Source of the DNA: a virus | IMG/VR virus record: IMGVR_UViG_3300042502_001136 | Location: 19,239 to 83,238 of that record | DNA: 64,000 nucleotides | Strand: one strand, 5' to 3' | Shown here: positions 10,495 to 21,574 of the stretch, piece after piece | How positions within the stretch are numbered: the stretch's first letter is position 1 | How the letters are laid out: each line of letters begins with the position of its first letter | Made by a program: the position numbers and the translations under genes | Notes under the pieces: generated by a model | Told to the model about the DNA's origin: nothing | The model's input: only the letters and a program-made list of their open reading frames with translations | The model's database searches: none

Positions 10495-10535
10495 AAAAAT
10501 AAGACTACTAATAGGTTTAGTATTAGTAGCCTTAT
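10495..10535 (-). terminator. Terminator after major capsid gene
   Basis: aagactactaata...tattagtagcctt hairpin with A-run on left. Confidence 0.65.
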
Positions 10536-10552
10536 AATTATATTAATCAATA

Positions 10553-12064
10553 TTAGATGTTACAATATAAAGAGAAACAATGAGTATTTCTACGGATAGC
10601 TACTCCACAAGTTTTAAGGTAGTGAATAGCAGTTTTATCTTGTGATGTAGATAATTGAATATCCATTACATTTCCTTTGTAAGAACCATAATCAACACCA
10701 CTTAATAAAGTCATACCTTGTTCAATACCTCTAATTAAAGAACGACCTTTTTGAGTAACAAGTTTAACATTGTTTTCTCCATCATATGTAGACATATCTA
10801 CAAAGTGCATTTCGTGAGAAGTCATAGGTTTACCTGAAATAGGGTGTCTAGGAGCATTTTCAGCAGTACCACCAAAATCTAAATAAGGAAGGTGTACTAC
10901 ATTAATAACATGACCATCAACGTGTCTAAATCCAGTAAAGAATGCACCATATACTAGATTACGTGGTCCACCTGTAATAGTACTATTTAATGCACCATCA
11001 TATGCAGACCAACCACTCATTTCATTCATAATAGCACTAGAAAAATCTTCTTTACCACCCATACCGGTAAATAAAGTAATATTCATGTTTTCAGTATCAG
11101 TAGCACCATAAGTTACTTCAGATACAACATTTTTAATTTTTCTAGCAGTAAGAATACCAAAAGTATCTCTATTAGGAATTTGTTCTTTAATACCTGCACC
11201 AAAAGGAATAGGAAGTTGAGTATCAGGGTCTATATTCATAATAGTTCCATTCTCATCTCTATTGTATTTAGATTCCCATAAAGATTCTTCTACAGCTTCC
11301 TTAAACTGCATCTCATGTTGCCACTCCTCAAATGGTAAGTAGTAATTAGACATACCTCCTGCACCTTTAGGGAAATGAAAAGTCATCATACGTTGACTAA
11401 CATTACCACCTACTTCATAAGATTTTCTAAGAATACCAATTTGATTCTTAAGTTTTCCGGGAAATTGTTTATTACTTTCATTACCAACAGAATAACTTTC
11501 AGAAACGTTAGCTCCGGCAGACATTGCCCACATTGTATTTGGTGCTAATTCAGAAAGACTAACAAAAGCAGTATTACTTGTTCTGATAATATCTAATTGA
11601 TAACGGTATCCATTAGCTACTTTTTCAGGTTTAGACATAATACGACATTGTGTACCATTAGGAGAAGTAACATTATGTTGATACTTTAACCATCTTGTTT
11701 TAAAAGTAACAATAACAGCTGTTCCACCAAGACCCGGTTTATCACCAGTAACATATTCAGTAGAAGCAACAGCATCTGTACGTCTTAATCTACCAAATAC
11801 CGGCCAATCATATTCAACATCTTGTATTTCTACATATTTAGTTCCACCTTTTTGTCCTTCTGTAAGGAACAACAATGGGAACTTCTTACTCTCTTTACCC
11901 ATTAAATGTGTAATAACAGGATTAAGAGTATCAGGGTTTGTCATACGGGCTTTAGTTAAGGATAAGTTATTTGTATAACCTTCATCTCCAAAACTTTCGT
12001 GTTGCACAACTCTATAAGTTTGATTACCTTGAAGTGCAAATGTACTATTAGGGGTACTAATCAT
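10553..12064 (-). CDS. Major capsid protein (crAss-type HK97 fold)
   Basis: 503 aa; downstream of portal and scaffold; EYDWPV, LKNQIGILRKS, G.GIKEQIP, LFTGMGG, G..F.GF.HVDGH motifs of crAss MCPs; biased codon use. Confidence 0.9.
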   Translation of the reverse strand: MISTPNSTFALQGNQTYRVVQHESFGDEGYTNNLSLTKARMTNPDTLNPVITHLMGKESKKFPLLFLTEGQKGGTKYVEIQDVEYDWPVFGRLRRTDAVASTEYVTGDKPGLGGTAVIVTFKTRWLKYQHNVTSPNGTQCRIMSKPEKVANGYRYQLDIIRTSNTAFVSLSELAPNTMWAMSAGANVSESYSVGNESNKQFPGKLKNQIGILRKSYEVGGNVSQRMMTFHFPKGAGGMSNYYLPFEEWQHEMQFKEAVEESLWESKYNRDENGTIMNIDPDTQLPIPFGAGIKEQIPNRDTFGILTARKIKNVVSEVTYGATDTENMNITLFTGMGGKEDFSSAIMNEMSGWSAYDGALNSTITGGPRNLVYGAFFTGFRHVDGHVINVVHLPYLDFGGTAENAPRHPISGKPMTSHEMHFVDMSTYDGENNVKLVTQKGRSLIRGIEQGMTLLSGVDYGSYKGNVMDIQLSTSQDKTAIHYLKTCGVAIRRNTHCFSLYCNI

Positions 12065-12110
12065 AATAATAATAATTTAAATGTTTTTAATTAATTAAAA
12101 AGTAAGTATA

Positions 12111-13418
12111 TTAGCCTAAGAGTCTTTCTAGTGATAAATTATCATCAGCTTGTTGTGCAGTTCTTGGTACACCAGTATCTGTTATAACTTTAGCTTTTTG
12201 TTGTTTTAATCTATCTTTAAGACTTGAGACTTTTTGTTCTTTAGCAATAACTTCTGCAAGTTTGCTAATATCGTATTTTTTAAAACGTAAAAAAGAAACC
12301 ATTAATTGGAAGTTAATATCTTCTTTGGCTTCATCTAACATTTCAGCACTATTTCCTTCTGCATCTACCGGTTTAGATAGGTAAGTAAGAAAAGCATCTT
12401 TATCTTTAATAGGAATATTAATATTTCCTAATTTTCCTTCTTTTACAGTTTCAGAAACTTTATTCCAATATTGTTCTACTTGTTGTCTTTCAAGAGCAAC
12501 CTGTTGTTTAATTTGATTATCTCTTTCAGCAATATCTTGATGTTGTTTTTGGTTTAAATAGGCAACAGCAGTAGCTAATTCAGCATCTACAATTTCTTGT
12601 CCACCTTTTTTAAGTCCTTCTATAATATTAGTAGGATTTGCAATACCTTGTTTTTTATAGTAACGAGATAATAAATCTTCTTTAGAATTATTATCAAGAG
12701 CAGTTAGATTAATTTTCTTATAATCAACTATATCTTGAACAAATGTAGAAGGGTCATCACCTAATAACAAGTGTTGATAGAATTGTTTCATTCTATAATC
12801 ACTGTCTAAAAATTCTTTAATACTATTAGCTTTACCGAGTTTAACAGCTTCTTCTACTACGGTAATCATTCCTTCTATTGTATCATCTACTTGTAGATGA
12901 GATAAATCAAGACCGAATTGAGTATTTAAAGCATTTTTAGTTTCTTCTACTAAAGGTAAATCTACTTGAGCAGGTGTAACTACTTCTCCTTTTGCATTAA
13001 CTAAATCTCCTTTATCATTTAAAGGAAGATTATCATTTTCAATATATTCTTTTAATTGAGCAGCAGTAAAGATAATTTCATTCTTATCATTTAATAAATT
13101 ACCACTTTTATCAATATTACTAGCTTTAAATACATCAAGTATTCCAGCTTTAAGTTCTTTTTCTTCTGCAGATAAAGCTTCATCAGCTTTAATTAAAGAA
13201 GGTAAAGTACTTTCAAAAGATTCTACTGCCGGTTCCCCACTAGAAGAAGGTGTTTGTGTTGTTGGTACAACAGGTACAACAGGTGCTTCAGGAGCAGGTG
13301 TTTGTGCAGCGGGTTGTGCAGGTGGAGTAACTTGTTGTACTCCATCAATAATATTGTCAAGGGTTACTAATGGTTCATCTACAGCAGGTGCTGTATTACC
13401 TTGTGCTTGTCCTTCCAT
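12111..13418 (-). CDS. Putative capsid scaffolding protein
   Basis: Between portal and MCP; P/A/Q-rich acidic N-terminus and coiled coil. Confidence 0.65.
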   Translation of the reverse strand: MEGQAQGNTAPAVDEPLVTLDNIIDGVQQVTPPAQPAAQTPAPEAPVVPVVPTTQTPSSSGEPAVESFESTLPSLIKADEALSAEEKELKAGILDVFKASNIDKSGNLLNDKNEIIFTAAQLKEYIENDNLPLNDKGDLVNAKGEVVTPAQVDLPLVEETKNALNTQFGLDLSHLQVDDTIEGMITVVEEAVKLGKANSIKEFLDSDYRMKQFYQHLLLGDDPSTFVQDIVDYKKINLTALDNNSKEDLLSRYYKKQGIANPTNIIEGLKKGGQEIVDAELATAVAYLNQKQHQDIAERDNQIKQQVALERQQVEQYWNKVSETVKEGKLGNINIPIKDKDAFLTYLSKPVDAEGNSAEMLDEAKEDINFQLMVSFLRFKKYDISKLAEVIAKEQKVSSLKDRLKQQKAKVITDTGVPRTAQQADDNLSLERLLG

Positions 13419-13429
13419 CTTAATAATGT

Positions 13430-15742
13430 TTAATTAGTTTTTGCTTTTTTATTATTTTTATCGATATTAAGTTTTTTATCTTTCAATTCTAAATCTTTAT
13501 TCTCTTTTTGTATTTTATGGTCAGCTAATCTACGTTCAACTTCATTACTAGGTCTTTCTTCATTTCTACTGTTAGCTTCAGAACGAATACTAGCACTATC
13601 AACTGCTTTAGCGTATTCACTATCAATTTTATAATATTCTATTTCTCTATTTTGTGCATCATTAGCAGCAATAGAATCTTGTAATGCTTGTTGAGCATCT
13701 TCTGCTTGTTTTTGCATTAACATAGCTTGGTCGTTTTTCAACTTTTCCATCTTCTCTAAAACCTTATCTAATTTGGCTACATTATTAGTACTATATAGTC
13801 CACTTAAACTTTGATAAGGAGCATTATTTTGAATAAGATTTAAAGCTTGTCCTCTAATAGCAGTAACAGCTTCAGTATTTAATGCGGCATCTTTAACAAA
13901 AATACCAAAACTACTTTCACTTCTACTTGCTGCTTCATCAGCATTAATATTAAGAAAAGCAAGAGAACCATCAGTTCTAATATATCTTTTCTTTTTACCA
14001 TTAATCCATGCTACTTTACTATAATCTAATAAACCTGCATAATCTTTTTCAATTAATTTATCAAATTGTCTTGTAAGTTCAGCAGTAATAATAGCACTAC
14101 GAACAATAGCTTGTTCTGTAACAGCTTTACCTGCATTTTGTCCAACATCAGAATAACGTTGAGCGTTCATTCCAATCTCTTCCCAATACTCTGATTTAAT
14201 GAACTTCATTACCTCAACAGTATTACTAATATAATTACCTAAACCCATATCAACGGATTTAATCATTTGAGCAGCAAAAGATGCATTAGGAGCAGTTTCA
14301 TCTACCCATAATATAGAAGTAGCATCAGCATGATACATAGTACTTTTAGTATTCATACCTGCTTTTTTATTAATTAAACCATATGGCATAATTAATAGTT
14401 TATCTTTATTTTTATTAATAAGTTTTTCAGTTTGATAATGTAATACATTAACTAATACTTGATAAGGTAAACCTTGTTTAATAATAGATTGTAATTCACC
14501 AGTAAAACTTCTTTCTATAATACCATTATAAGAAAGTTTTTGTTCTCCATTACTATTTAAATCAGCTCTATTAACTTCAAGAGGTCCGCAATCAAGATAA
14601 AATCCTAGAGCTCTATAACCTTGCATTATTTGAGATTCATAATCCCATATAATATTAATATCTCCTTGTGCTTTATTAAGTTTATAAGTTTCATCTACTT
14701 CCATTTCTCTTTCTTGTCCAATTTCATCAATGTAAGTAAGAACACCAAATTTTCTCCAAGTTCTATATTGAACATGAAACACTTCAATACCACTAGAATT
14801 AGTTAAACCAAAAGCATCAGTATAATTAGCAGAAGCATAGTTAGCAGGTAATGTGATAATACCATTTCTTCCTGTAGCTTGAACATCAACAAAGTTCATT
14901 TCAAAACCTTTATTTATTCCTTGTTCTAAAGCTTCCATAAGTTCTTCTCCTACTCTACCTCTAAAAAAATCAACTACTTTAAATACAGGAACTATGTTAC
15001 GTCTAACAGCAAAACTATAATCTTCAATAAATCTACTATGTTTTTCATTAGGAACAAATAATTCATGTGCAGGAACAGCTTCCCACATAACATCATCATG
15101 ATTAACAGCTTTATATGTAAAAGCTCTACCGGTTACAACCCAATCCCAATATAAATCAATATATTTATTATCAAGGTCACAATTCCATCTAATATAATCA
15201 ATTGCATCTTGTCCACTAATAACTCTAGTAGTAGTATACTTTTCTTTAAATCCTGCAACATATTCTTCTAGTGGGGGAAGTTCTTGTACTTGTTGTCCAA
15301 CTTTCATACCAAGTTGAGCTAATTCATTAGCAATATGCTGAGCATAATAACCTCTAACTAAAACAGCTAAACCTTCTTTATAACTATATTCTGCATCAGG
15401 ATTAAAATCAAATACTACAAATTCATGACTTCTTCTACCAAATTCTCCCATAAGAAGATTAGCAATACCTTTAAGTATATTATAGTTACGAAGTTTAGCA
15501 CCATAAGTAGGAATTTCTCCACCTTTACCTTCTATATTAAAAGGGTTTTGAACATATTTATATTCATTAGGATGAATAATACCTTCAACAGCAGCATAAA
15601 GATTTGCTATCTCGGTGGTTTGATTTGCCCATGTACATTGACTAATATAATAATCAATAGTTTCTTCTATATTATTTTTACCAGATTTTTCATCTCTAGC
15701 TATCTTTTCAGCATAAGATAATTTTTGTGGTGGATATATCAT
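13430..15742 (-). CDS. Portal protein (start probably 15742, MIYPPQK)
   Basis: PPQKLS...LRNYNILKGIANLLMGE...IGMNAQR..VG..AGKAVTEQAI; follows terminase. Confidence 0.88.
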   Translation of the reverse strand: MIYPPQKLSYAEKIARDEKSGKNNIEETIDYYISQCTWANQTTEIANLYAAVEGIIHPNEYKYVQNPFNIEGKGGEIPTYGAKLRNYNILKGIANLLMGEFGRRSHEFVVFDFNPDAEYSYKEGLAVLVRGYYAQHIANELAQLGMKVGQQVQELPPLEEYVAGFKEKYTTTRVISGQDAIDYIRWNCDLDNKYIDLYWDWVVTGRAFTYKAVNHDDVMWEAVPAHELFVPNEKHSRFIEDYSFAVRRNIVPVFKVVDFFRGRVGEELMEALEQGINKGFEMNFVDVQATGRNGIITLPANYASANYTDAFGLTNSSGIEVFHVQYRTWRKFGVLTYIDEIGQEREMEVDETYKLNKAQGDINIIWDYESQIMQGYRALGFYLDCGPLEVNRADLNSNGEQKLSYNGIIERSFTGELQSIIKQGLPYQVLVNVLHYQTEKLINKNKDKLLIMPYGLINKKAGMNTKSTMYHADATSILWVDETAPNASFAAQMIKSVDMGLGNYISNTVEVMKFIKSEYWEEIGMNAQRYSDVGQNAGKAVTEQAIVRSAIITAELTRQFDKLIEKDYAGLLDYSKVAWINGKKKRYIRTDGSLAFLNINADEAASRSESSFGIFVKDAALNTEAVTAIRGQALNLIQNNAPYQSLSGLYSTNNVAKLDKVLEKMEKLKNDQAMLMQKQAEDAQQALQDSIAANDAQNREIEYYKIDSEYAKAVDSASIRSEANSRNEERPSNEVERRLADHKIQKENKDLELKDKKLNIDKNNKKAKTN

Positions 15743-15746
15743 ATTA

Positions 15747-18029
15747 TTATGTATTAAAAGGGTCATTAAAATAAGATTCTTCTTCTCTATCAATAACAGC
15801 AGTACTAGGAGCAACTTGTTTAAATACTGTTTCTTTAATATCAAACATACCTACAATAGCACAAGATATTCTATCAAAATTACCTTTACCATTAAATTTA
15901 AGTAGTTCCCTTAGTAGTCCTATATCAAAAACATAATGCAAATTTAATAAAGTATTCCCATTACTGTCAATACCTCTTTTTGTTAGTAACCAATCTTTAA
16001 AGTATATAACACCGTTGGCTTTTCTCTGTGGATTTGTACCAATAGAAACTCCTCTTTTTCTACCTTTACCTCCAGCAGTTATATCTTTTTGAAATTGAAA
16101 AGTTGTTTCTTCTTTAAGAAGGTCTAATAATCCTTTACTTAATGCATTATTATATACATCTCCCCTATCATTTTCATAAAGTATTTTAGCATTAAAGTAT
16201 ATAGCAGCTTGAAACATTTGATTATCATAATCTTTAGTTTCTTCTGTTCTACCATGATACCATCCTATAATTCTATCTCCTTTAGAATGTGTAAAGTTAT
16301 TAGCGTGTTCATATATATAACAAGAACCAAGAGAGTCTGTTAATTTAAATTCACCTTTATCTTTAGAAATACCAAAAGGGTCATTCCAAATACTATATAA
16401 GTTATCAGGAATACTACCACTAGCATCACGATATGGCTGTTCTACTAATACAAAACAACCTGTTAAATCTTTATCTTCGTCTCTAAGAGGATAATTATTT
16501 AATTCAGGTTTAATAAATTGTTTTTGAAATGAATCAGCAGTAGCTTCATCAATAAATTTAATATTTCCTTTATCTCCTTGTACAAAATATCCTTTTCTAC
16601 CAATACCTTGTAAACTAGGTTCATGTAAACATCTTCTTAATTGTTCATTAATTTCTTTAGAAGGATAAATGTTATTAGCAGAACGACTAAATGCTTCAGA
16701 AGGTTTTCTAGGTTCTTCCATTTCATGAGCATTAAGTTTAGAAGGATTATGTTTAACAAGAGATTTTTCATAATCATCAAAAGCAAGACTACCTTGAATA
16801 TCACTATTACCGTGTTTATCAATAAGTCCCGGCTTATTCATAAAACTACCATGAAAATAACCACAACTAGTACCTTGCATATCTTCATCCCATACATTTT
16901 CAAAAGACATAAAATGTCTAGCAAAAGTTTCATAAAATAAATCTTCAAATCCTTGCCATTGATTATCTTCTCCACCACCAGTACCAAACACAATCATAAG
17001 ACCTGTAATAAAAGCACCATCAGAAAGTGTTTTAAGTGTAGCATCTAATACAGCAGAAAGATTAGGACATTTTCCTGATTCTTCTAAAAGAAGTAAATCG
17101 GCATCTTTACCTCTCATTCCACCTGGATTAGTTTTTAATACAGCAGTATATATATTAGAAAGAAAACCTCTTGCTACATCACTACCTCTAAACTTATATC
17201 CAATTTCAATATGTTCAAGGGTGTTATGAAGTCTACCTTTATTCCAATCAGTATGTTTACAAATAAAGTTAAGATAATTCATAACTTTATTCATAGTACC
17301 ATCATCAAATAAAGAACCTGCATCATAAGCACCAACAACAGATGTACTACGTCTATATAAATTTGCTCTATTTGCTACTAACCAACCATTTTTATAACTA
17401 TATCCTTTTCTACGTGCTTTACCTACTACAAGATGTTTACCAATTTGTCTACATAATTCAATAGCTTTAAAGAAGTAATAATCACCATCCCAAAAAGCAG
17501 GAAGACTAAATGTTTTTGTATGTCCACCTTTATGAGTACTATTAATAAGTTCACCACTTGGACCAACTAATGCACCTTTTTTAATTTCAAATTCTTTAGA
17601 ACGTTTAATTTCTGCATAGTTAAGATATCCGTAATGTTCTCCTGTAATATGAACATTCTGCATAGCATAACTACCGTCAGCAGATTTAATTAATTTTCCG
17701 GGAAGAGTCATACCTTCAATACATCTCTTTTCTTCTCTATCCCAAAAAGCATTATATTCTCTACTATCGAATTTAGGGTGAGCTTTAGTATACTTTCCTG
17801 TTTTAATAAATTCTTGTCCTACTTTACTAAATTCTGCTGTATTAACAAAAGCAATATCTTCTGCTGTAAACATAGTAAGTTTACTATCATCATTAGCAAG
17901 AGTGTGTAAAGGAACTTCTTTATAAGGAGTAGTATATAAACCAGATTTAGGGTCAAGTGTTAATCTTTGAATAACACTATCTCCTAAATTATTTACAACA
18001 TCAAAAGCAGTAGAATTAATCGTTCTCAT
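15747..18029 (-). CDS. terL: Terminase large subunit
   Basis: ITGEHYGYLNY, KARRKGYSY Walker A, LLLLEESGK Walker B, FGTGG, NDPF and GNFDR nuclease motifs. Confidence 0.93.
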   Translation of the reverse strand: MRTINSTAFDVVNNLGDSVIQRLTLDPKSGLYTTPYKEVPLHTLANDDSKLTMFTAEDIAFVNTAEFSKVGQEFIKTGKYTKAHPKFDSREYNAFWDREEKRCIEGMTLPGKLIKSADGSYAMQNVHITGEHYGYLNYAEIKRSKEFEIKKGALVGPSGELINSTHKGGHTKTFSLPAFWDGDYYFFKAIELCRQIGKHLVVGKARRKGYSYKNGWLVANRANLYRRSTSVVGAYDAGSLFDDGTMNKVMNYLNFICKHTDWNKGRLHNTLEHIEIGYKFRGSDVARGFLSNIYTAVLKTNPGGMRGKDADLLLLEESGKCPNLSAVLDATLKTLSDGAFITGLMIVFGTGGGEDNQWQGFEDLFYETFARHFMSFENVWDEDMQGTSCGYFHGSFMNKPGLIDKHGNSDIQGSLAFDDYEKSLVKHNPSKLNAHEMEEPRKPSEAFSRSANNIYPSKEINEQLRRCLHEPSLQGIGRKGYFVQGDKGNIKFIDEATADSFQKQFIKPELNNYPLRDEDKDLTGCFVLVEQPYRDASGSIPDNLYSIWNDPFGISKDKGEFKLTDSLGSCYIYEHANNFTHSKGDRIIGWYHGRTEETKDYDNQMFQAAIYFNAKILYENDRGDVYNNALSKGLLDLLKEETTFQFQKDITAGGKGRKRGVSIGTNPQRKANGVIYFKDWLLTKRGIDSNGNTLLNLHYVFDIGLLRELLKFNGKGNFDRISCAIVGMFDIKETVFKQVAPSTAVIDREEESYFNDPFNT

Positions 18030-18032
18030 ATC

Positions 18033-18488
18033 TTATAAATCTGTTATATCAAAATAGTTAACAATAGCTACTTCTTCAGCAGCTTTTCTATCGTCATAAG
18101 AACTTCCAATAAAACAAGAATTTTTAATATCTAATTCATAGTCACAAGCTAATTCAAATATAAGTCCAGGATTAGGTAAAGCTCTATATGATGCTGCTTC
18201 AAAACAATAACTATAAGATATAGAGTTTTTTCTCAATTTTAATGCTTTTTCAACATTAGTAATAACATCTTCTAATTTTTTTAGAAATGCTTTAGGTGTA
18301 GTAAGTCCATAGGTAACTTGAAATTGATTACATATAATACAAATTTTATAATCTTTATTATAATAATCTTTAATAACATTTAATATATTATCTTTAAATT
18401 TCCAATCTTCACTATGAACAGAATAAGACTTTCCACTTAATGTAGTTATAAGTGTATTGTCTAATGTTATGAATACTGCTTTTTTCAT
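18033..18488 (-). CDS. HAD-IIIA polynucleotide 3'-phosphatase/GmhB-like protein (degenerate motif)
   Basis: AVFITLDNTLI..T.SG, IICNQ, R..PNPGL, FIGS..DD; start MKKAV. Confidence 0.7.
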   Translation of the reverse strand: MKKAVFITLDNTLITTLSGKSYSVHSEDWKFKDNILNVIKDYYNKDYKICIICNQFQVTYGLTTPKAFLKKLEDVITNVEKALKLRKNSISYSYCFEAASYRALPNPGLIFELACDYELDIKNSCFIGSSYDDRKAAEEVAIVNYFDITDL

Positions 18489-18512
18489 ATATATAAAATT
18501 AAAAAACAACCT

Positions 18513-19445
18513 CTACTTTAGTAAAGATTGTTTATGATGATTTAACATTATCTGTACCTCATTTTTTAAATAAGGCATTTTTAGTAGTCTAGGAGCATTA
18601 CCAACAGGAAAGTGAATTATCTCTAATCCATTCTCAATAAAATTATATCCCCACTGTTCTAATATAAAAGCATAAGTACTTAATTGTAAAGCCATAATAT
18701 TAAATTTACTAGCTTCAATCATATCAAGAGGGTATTTAAATGTTTCTCCAGTTGCTATAAATAAATCACTTTTAATCCATTTACCACCAACATTAATTTT
18801 TTTATAATAACCTGCTTGTTGTTTTATAGTATCTTTATTAGTCTTCCAATCTAATATACAAAAGTGTTTATCTTTAACAACAGGACAATCTATCATACCA
18901 GCAATACCATATTCTCTAAGAAATACTTTTTTCTCAGCAAATATAGAAAAACCTCTATCAAGATAAGCACTAAGTCTAGTATGAACTTCAGGATATTTTT
19001 CTGCTATAGGAGTACCATCTAATTCGTGCTTTAACGTTATTATCTTTTCCCCTCTAGGTGTGATGTTTGTGTTGGTCGTGGCAAAGTAATCTCCTTTACT
19101 TTGATTAATACTAAGCTCTAATTCATTGTGGGTAGCATTTCCTCTTTCACAAGCTTCAAAATTAAGTCCTTTCCATTTAGCTACAACTTCATCATACCAA
19201 TTCTTAAATCTTGTATCTAACATTAAATTCTTTAAAGGATATAAAACATTATTAACATAAATACTTCTAGTTTCAGGTTGAGGTTTAACTTTATAGTTAT
19301 GGTCTTTTAAACAAGTATACATAGCCCAAAATTCATTATCAAATTGATTAGTATATTTACCTATTAAAGTAGTAACAGATGTATAAACTGTACCTTGTTC
19401 ATCGTAATACTTATGTTCTGCTTCATTAAATAATATAGTATCCAT
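18513..19445 (-). CDS. PD-(D/E)xK exonuclease
   Basis: F.EAEHKY, YTSVTTLI, RGNATH, AGMID, ILDWKTN, LQLSTY. Confidence 0.85.
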   Translation of the reverse strand: MDTILFNEAEHKYYDEQGTVYTSVTTLIGKYTNQFDNEFWAMYTCLKDHNYKVKPQPETRSIYVNNVLYPLKNLMLDTRFKNWYDEVVAKWKGLNFEACERGNATHNELELSINQSKGDYFATTNTNITPRGEKIITLKHELDGTPIAEKYPEVHTRLSAYLDRGFSIFAEKKVFLREYGIAGMIDCPVVKDKHFCILDWKTNKDTIKQQAGYYKKINVGGKWIKSDLFIATGETFKYPLDMIEASKFNIMALQLSTYAFILEQWGYNFIENGLEIIHFPVGNAPRLLKMPYLKNEVQIMLNHHKQSLLK

Positions 19446-19447
19446 GA

Positions 19448-19828
19448 TTATCTTCTGTTATTAGAGTTAGCACTACTACTATCATTATCTAAATTTTGAG
19501 AAGATATAAAAGAACGTTGTACCTCTACTATATAATCTTCTAAACTTTTACTATAAGAAATACATTCTGTTACATGACTAAAATCTACTATTCTCATTTT
19601 ATTAAATGTATCAAGTAAATCAATAAATTTAACAGCAGTATTAATATTACTAGAAGGTATATCTCCCATACTATTATTTTCTATAATAGCATATCCTGTT
19701 TCTTCTTGTTCTGTAATAGTTTTAATAGTACTAAAGTTAATAGGAGTTATACTAACTTTAATTTCACCTTCAAACTTATTAGTTATCGGGTTAATTATTT
19801 GTATTGGTAATAATAATATTGGTATCAT
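19448..19828 (-). CDS. Hypothetical protein
   Basis: ORF tightly packed in operon. Confidence 0.6.
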   Translation of the reverse strand: MIPILLLPIQIINPITNKFEGEIKVSITPINFSTIKTITEQEETGYAIIENNSMGDIPSSNINTAVKFIDLLDTFNKMRIVDFSHVTECISYSKSLEDYIVEVQRSFISSQNLDNDSSSANSNNRR

Positions 19829-19844
19829 AATTATAATTTTATTA

Positions 19845-20528
19845 TTAATCTTCTCTATTTCCTACTTCACGTCCACCTACTGCTAATTTTAATTCTCCTC
19901 CTGCTTCTGCATATGCTGCGGCTAAATCATTTTTAACTTTAGTCATAGCAGGAAGTTCTTTAATAATTTTACTAGCATCAAGTTGTAGTTTTTGTATTTG
20001 TGAATACAATGCAATAGCTTTATCAATATTAACTAATTTTTCAGTTTCACTAAAAACATTAGTACCTTCTGCTGTAAGTTGTTTCATTGTTTCTTTACAC
20101 ATACGTTTCAATTCACTTATATCATTTTGCATATCATGTATATCTTCAGCAGTATTATAAAGATTCTTTTCTGCAGCAAGATAAGCATTAGCAGTAGAAT
20201 CTAATTTAAGATGTATCTCATAATATAATAAAGCATTAACAACAGCTTCATCAGGAATCCAATTTTGTGGTAGGGTTGCGTGTATCTTAGCTTTACGTCT
20301 TTTTTCAGTAAGAGAAAGATTGTAATATACACTTCTAGGGTCTGCTATAAGATATATGTATAATAACTCACGCTTAGCCATTGACTTCTTTCTACCATCA
20401 GCGTCACCAACAGAACCTTTATCCTTTTCTAATATTACTTTAAAAGCAGGATGTTCTCTAACTTCAGGTTTATTTATTTCAATAAGCCCTTGTTCATTAA
20501 GTATAAATATTGAATTATTTTGACTCAT
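19845..20528 (-). CDS. Conserved crAss-like hypothetical, terminase small subunit candidate (start probably 20528, MSQNN)
   Basis: ELLYIY..DPRS.Y, W.PD..V..A motifs, coiled coil; upstream of terL. Confidence 0.45.
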   Translation of the reverse strand: MSQNNSIFILNEQGLIEINKPEVREHPAFKVILEKDKGSVGDADGRKKSMAKRELLYIYLIADPRSVYYNLSLTEKRRKAKIHATLPQNWIPDEAVVNALLYYEIHLKLDSTANAYLAAEKNLYNTAEDIHDMQNDISELKRMCKETMKQLTAEGTNVFSETEKLVNIDKAIALYSQIQKLQLDASKIIKELPAMTKVKNDLAAAYAEAGGELKLAVGGREVGNRED

Positions 20529-20967
20529 TACTTCTGATTCTATGCATTGGTCTAAATTGTAGTTTATTATATGTAGAAGCATCAGGAGCTTCAAGTACTT
20601 GTTCAGCATCTAATCCAACAGGTTTATTAGTACTTTTTAATATAGCTTGTTTTTCTTTACCTTTTTGAATAATATATTCTTTTCGTAAAGCAACTTCATC
20701 TAGTTCAGGGTGAATTTGTTTTAGAGCAGTTAAATTTTTAACAAATTTAGTACCTTCTATTGCAACTTCTTTTCTTTTAACATTAACAAATTTACCAAAA
20801 CCTGTAAAGAAAACATTAAAACCTTTAAGAACACCATATTTAAAACCTTCTACTTGAGCATTTAAAACATTTAATAGTTGTTCATCTGATAATTCTATAT
20901 TATATTTCTCCATAACTATCTTTCTAGTTTCAGAGAATATACCTAATAAAGTATCATCTATTTTCAT
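20515..20967 (-). CDS. HU/IHF-like DNA-binding protein
   Basis: Helical N-terminus followed by VFFTGFGKFV beta-arm motif. Confidence 0.55.
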   Translation of the reverse strand: MKIDDTLLGIFSETRKIVMEKYNIELSDEQLLNVLNAQVEGFKYGVLKGFNVFFTGFGKFVNVKRKEVAIEGTKFVKNLTALKQIHPELDEVALRKEYIIQKGKEKQAILKSTNKPVGLDAEQVLEAPDASTYNKLQFRPMHRIRSNESK

Positions 20968-20968
20968 A

Positions 20969-21535
20969 CTATTTATTATTACCTTTATCTGTTAATATAA
21001 GTGGTGGATTTTTTTCATCTATATAGGCTTTAACTTGGTCAACTACGCCTACTATTGGTTCTGCTCTATTATTAATAATAGCAGCTTCTCTTATAGCTTC
21101 TTCTACAGTAATATCTTCAGGAGTTACTACTGGTTTACTAATACTATTAATATAAATAGCAAAGCTAGTATTAATATAACTAGCAATACCATTAAGAAAG
21201 AAATCTTTATATGCTTGTAGTTCGCATTTTGTTGCATTTTCCCCAATAGAAGGAGGATAGTAGTTATTTACTAATTCAATTCGTTTACCAATAATACTTT
21301 CACTTTTATCAGTAAGTACTAATATAAAAGCATAATAATTAGTAATAGGTTTAACTCCATCAAGAGTAATAACTTTATCACCTTTAACAAATTCAATAGT
21401 ATATGAATATTTACGTTTATTAGCATAAGCTTGATTAGTAAGAAAAGCTAATATAGATTTAGCTTGTAGACGATAATTAGTAAGTTCTTGAGGAACAACT
21501 TTATTACCTTTGTCAGTATTATTAGATTCTATCAT
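20969..21535 (-). CDS. Hypothetical protein, first gene of late block
   Basis: 188-aa ORF behind a TAnnTTTG promoter. Confidence 0.65.
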   Translation of the reverse strand: MIESNNTDKGNKVVPQELTNYRLQAKSILAFLTNQAYANKRKYSYTIEFVKGDKVITLDGVKPITNYYAFILVLTDKSESIIGKRIELVNNYYPPSIGENATKCELQAYKDFFLNGIASYINTSFAIYINSISKPVVTPEDITVEEAIREAAIINNRAEPIVGVVDQVKAYIDEKNPPLILTDKGNNK

Positions 21536-21574
21536 CTTTATAATCTTTAATAGTTATTAATATTAGTTCATAGT

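Noticed and set aside
15743-15844. N-terminal extension of the portal in the ORF track
   Set aside because: Overlaps the terL 3' end and is low complexity; ATG at 15742 gives the typical start.
18513-19445. Cas4/CRISPR adaptation gene
   Set aside because: Lacks the four-Cys Fe-S cluster; it is an ordinary phage PD-(D/E)xK nuclease in the packaging module.
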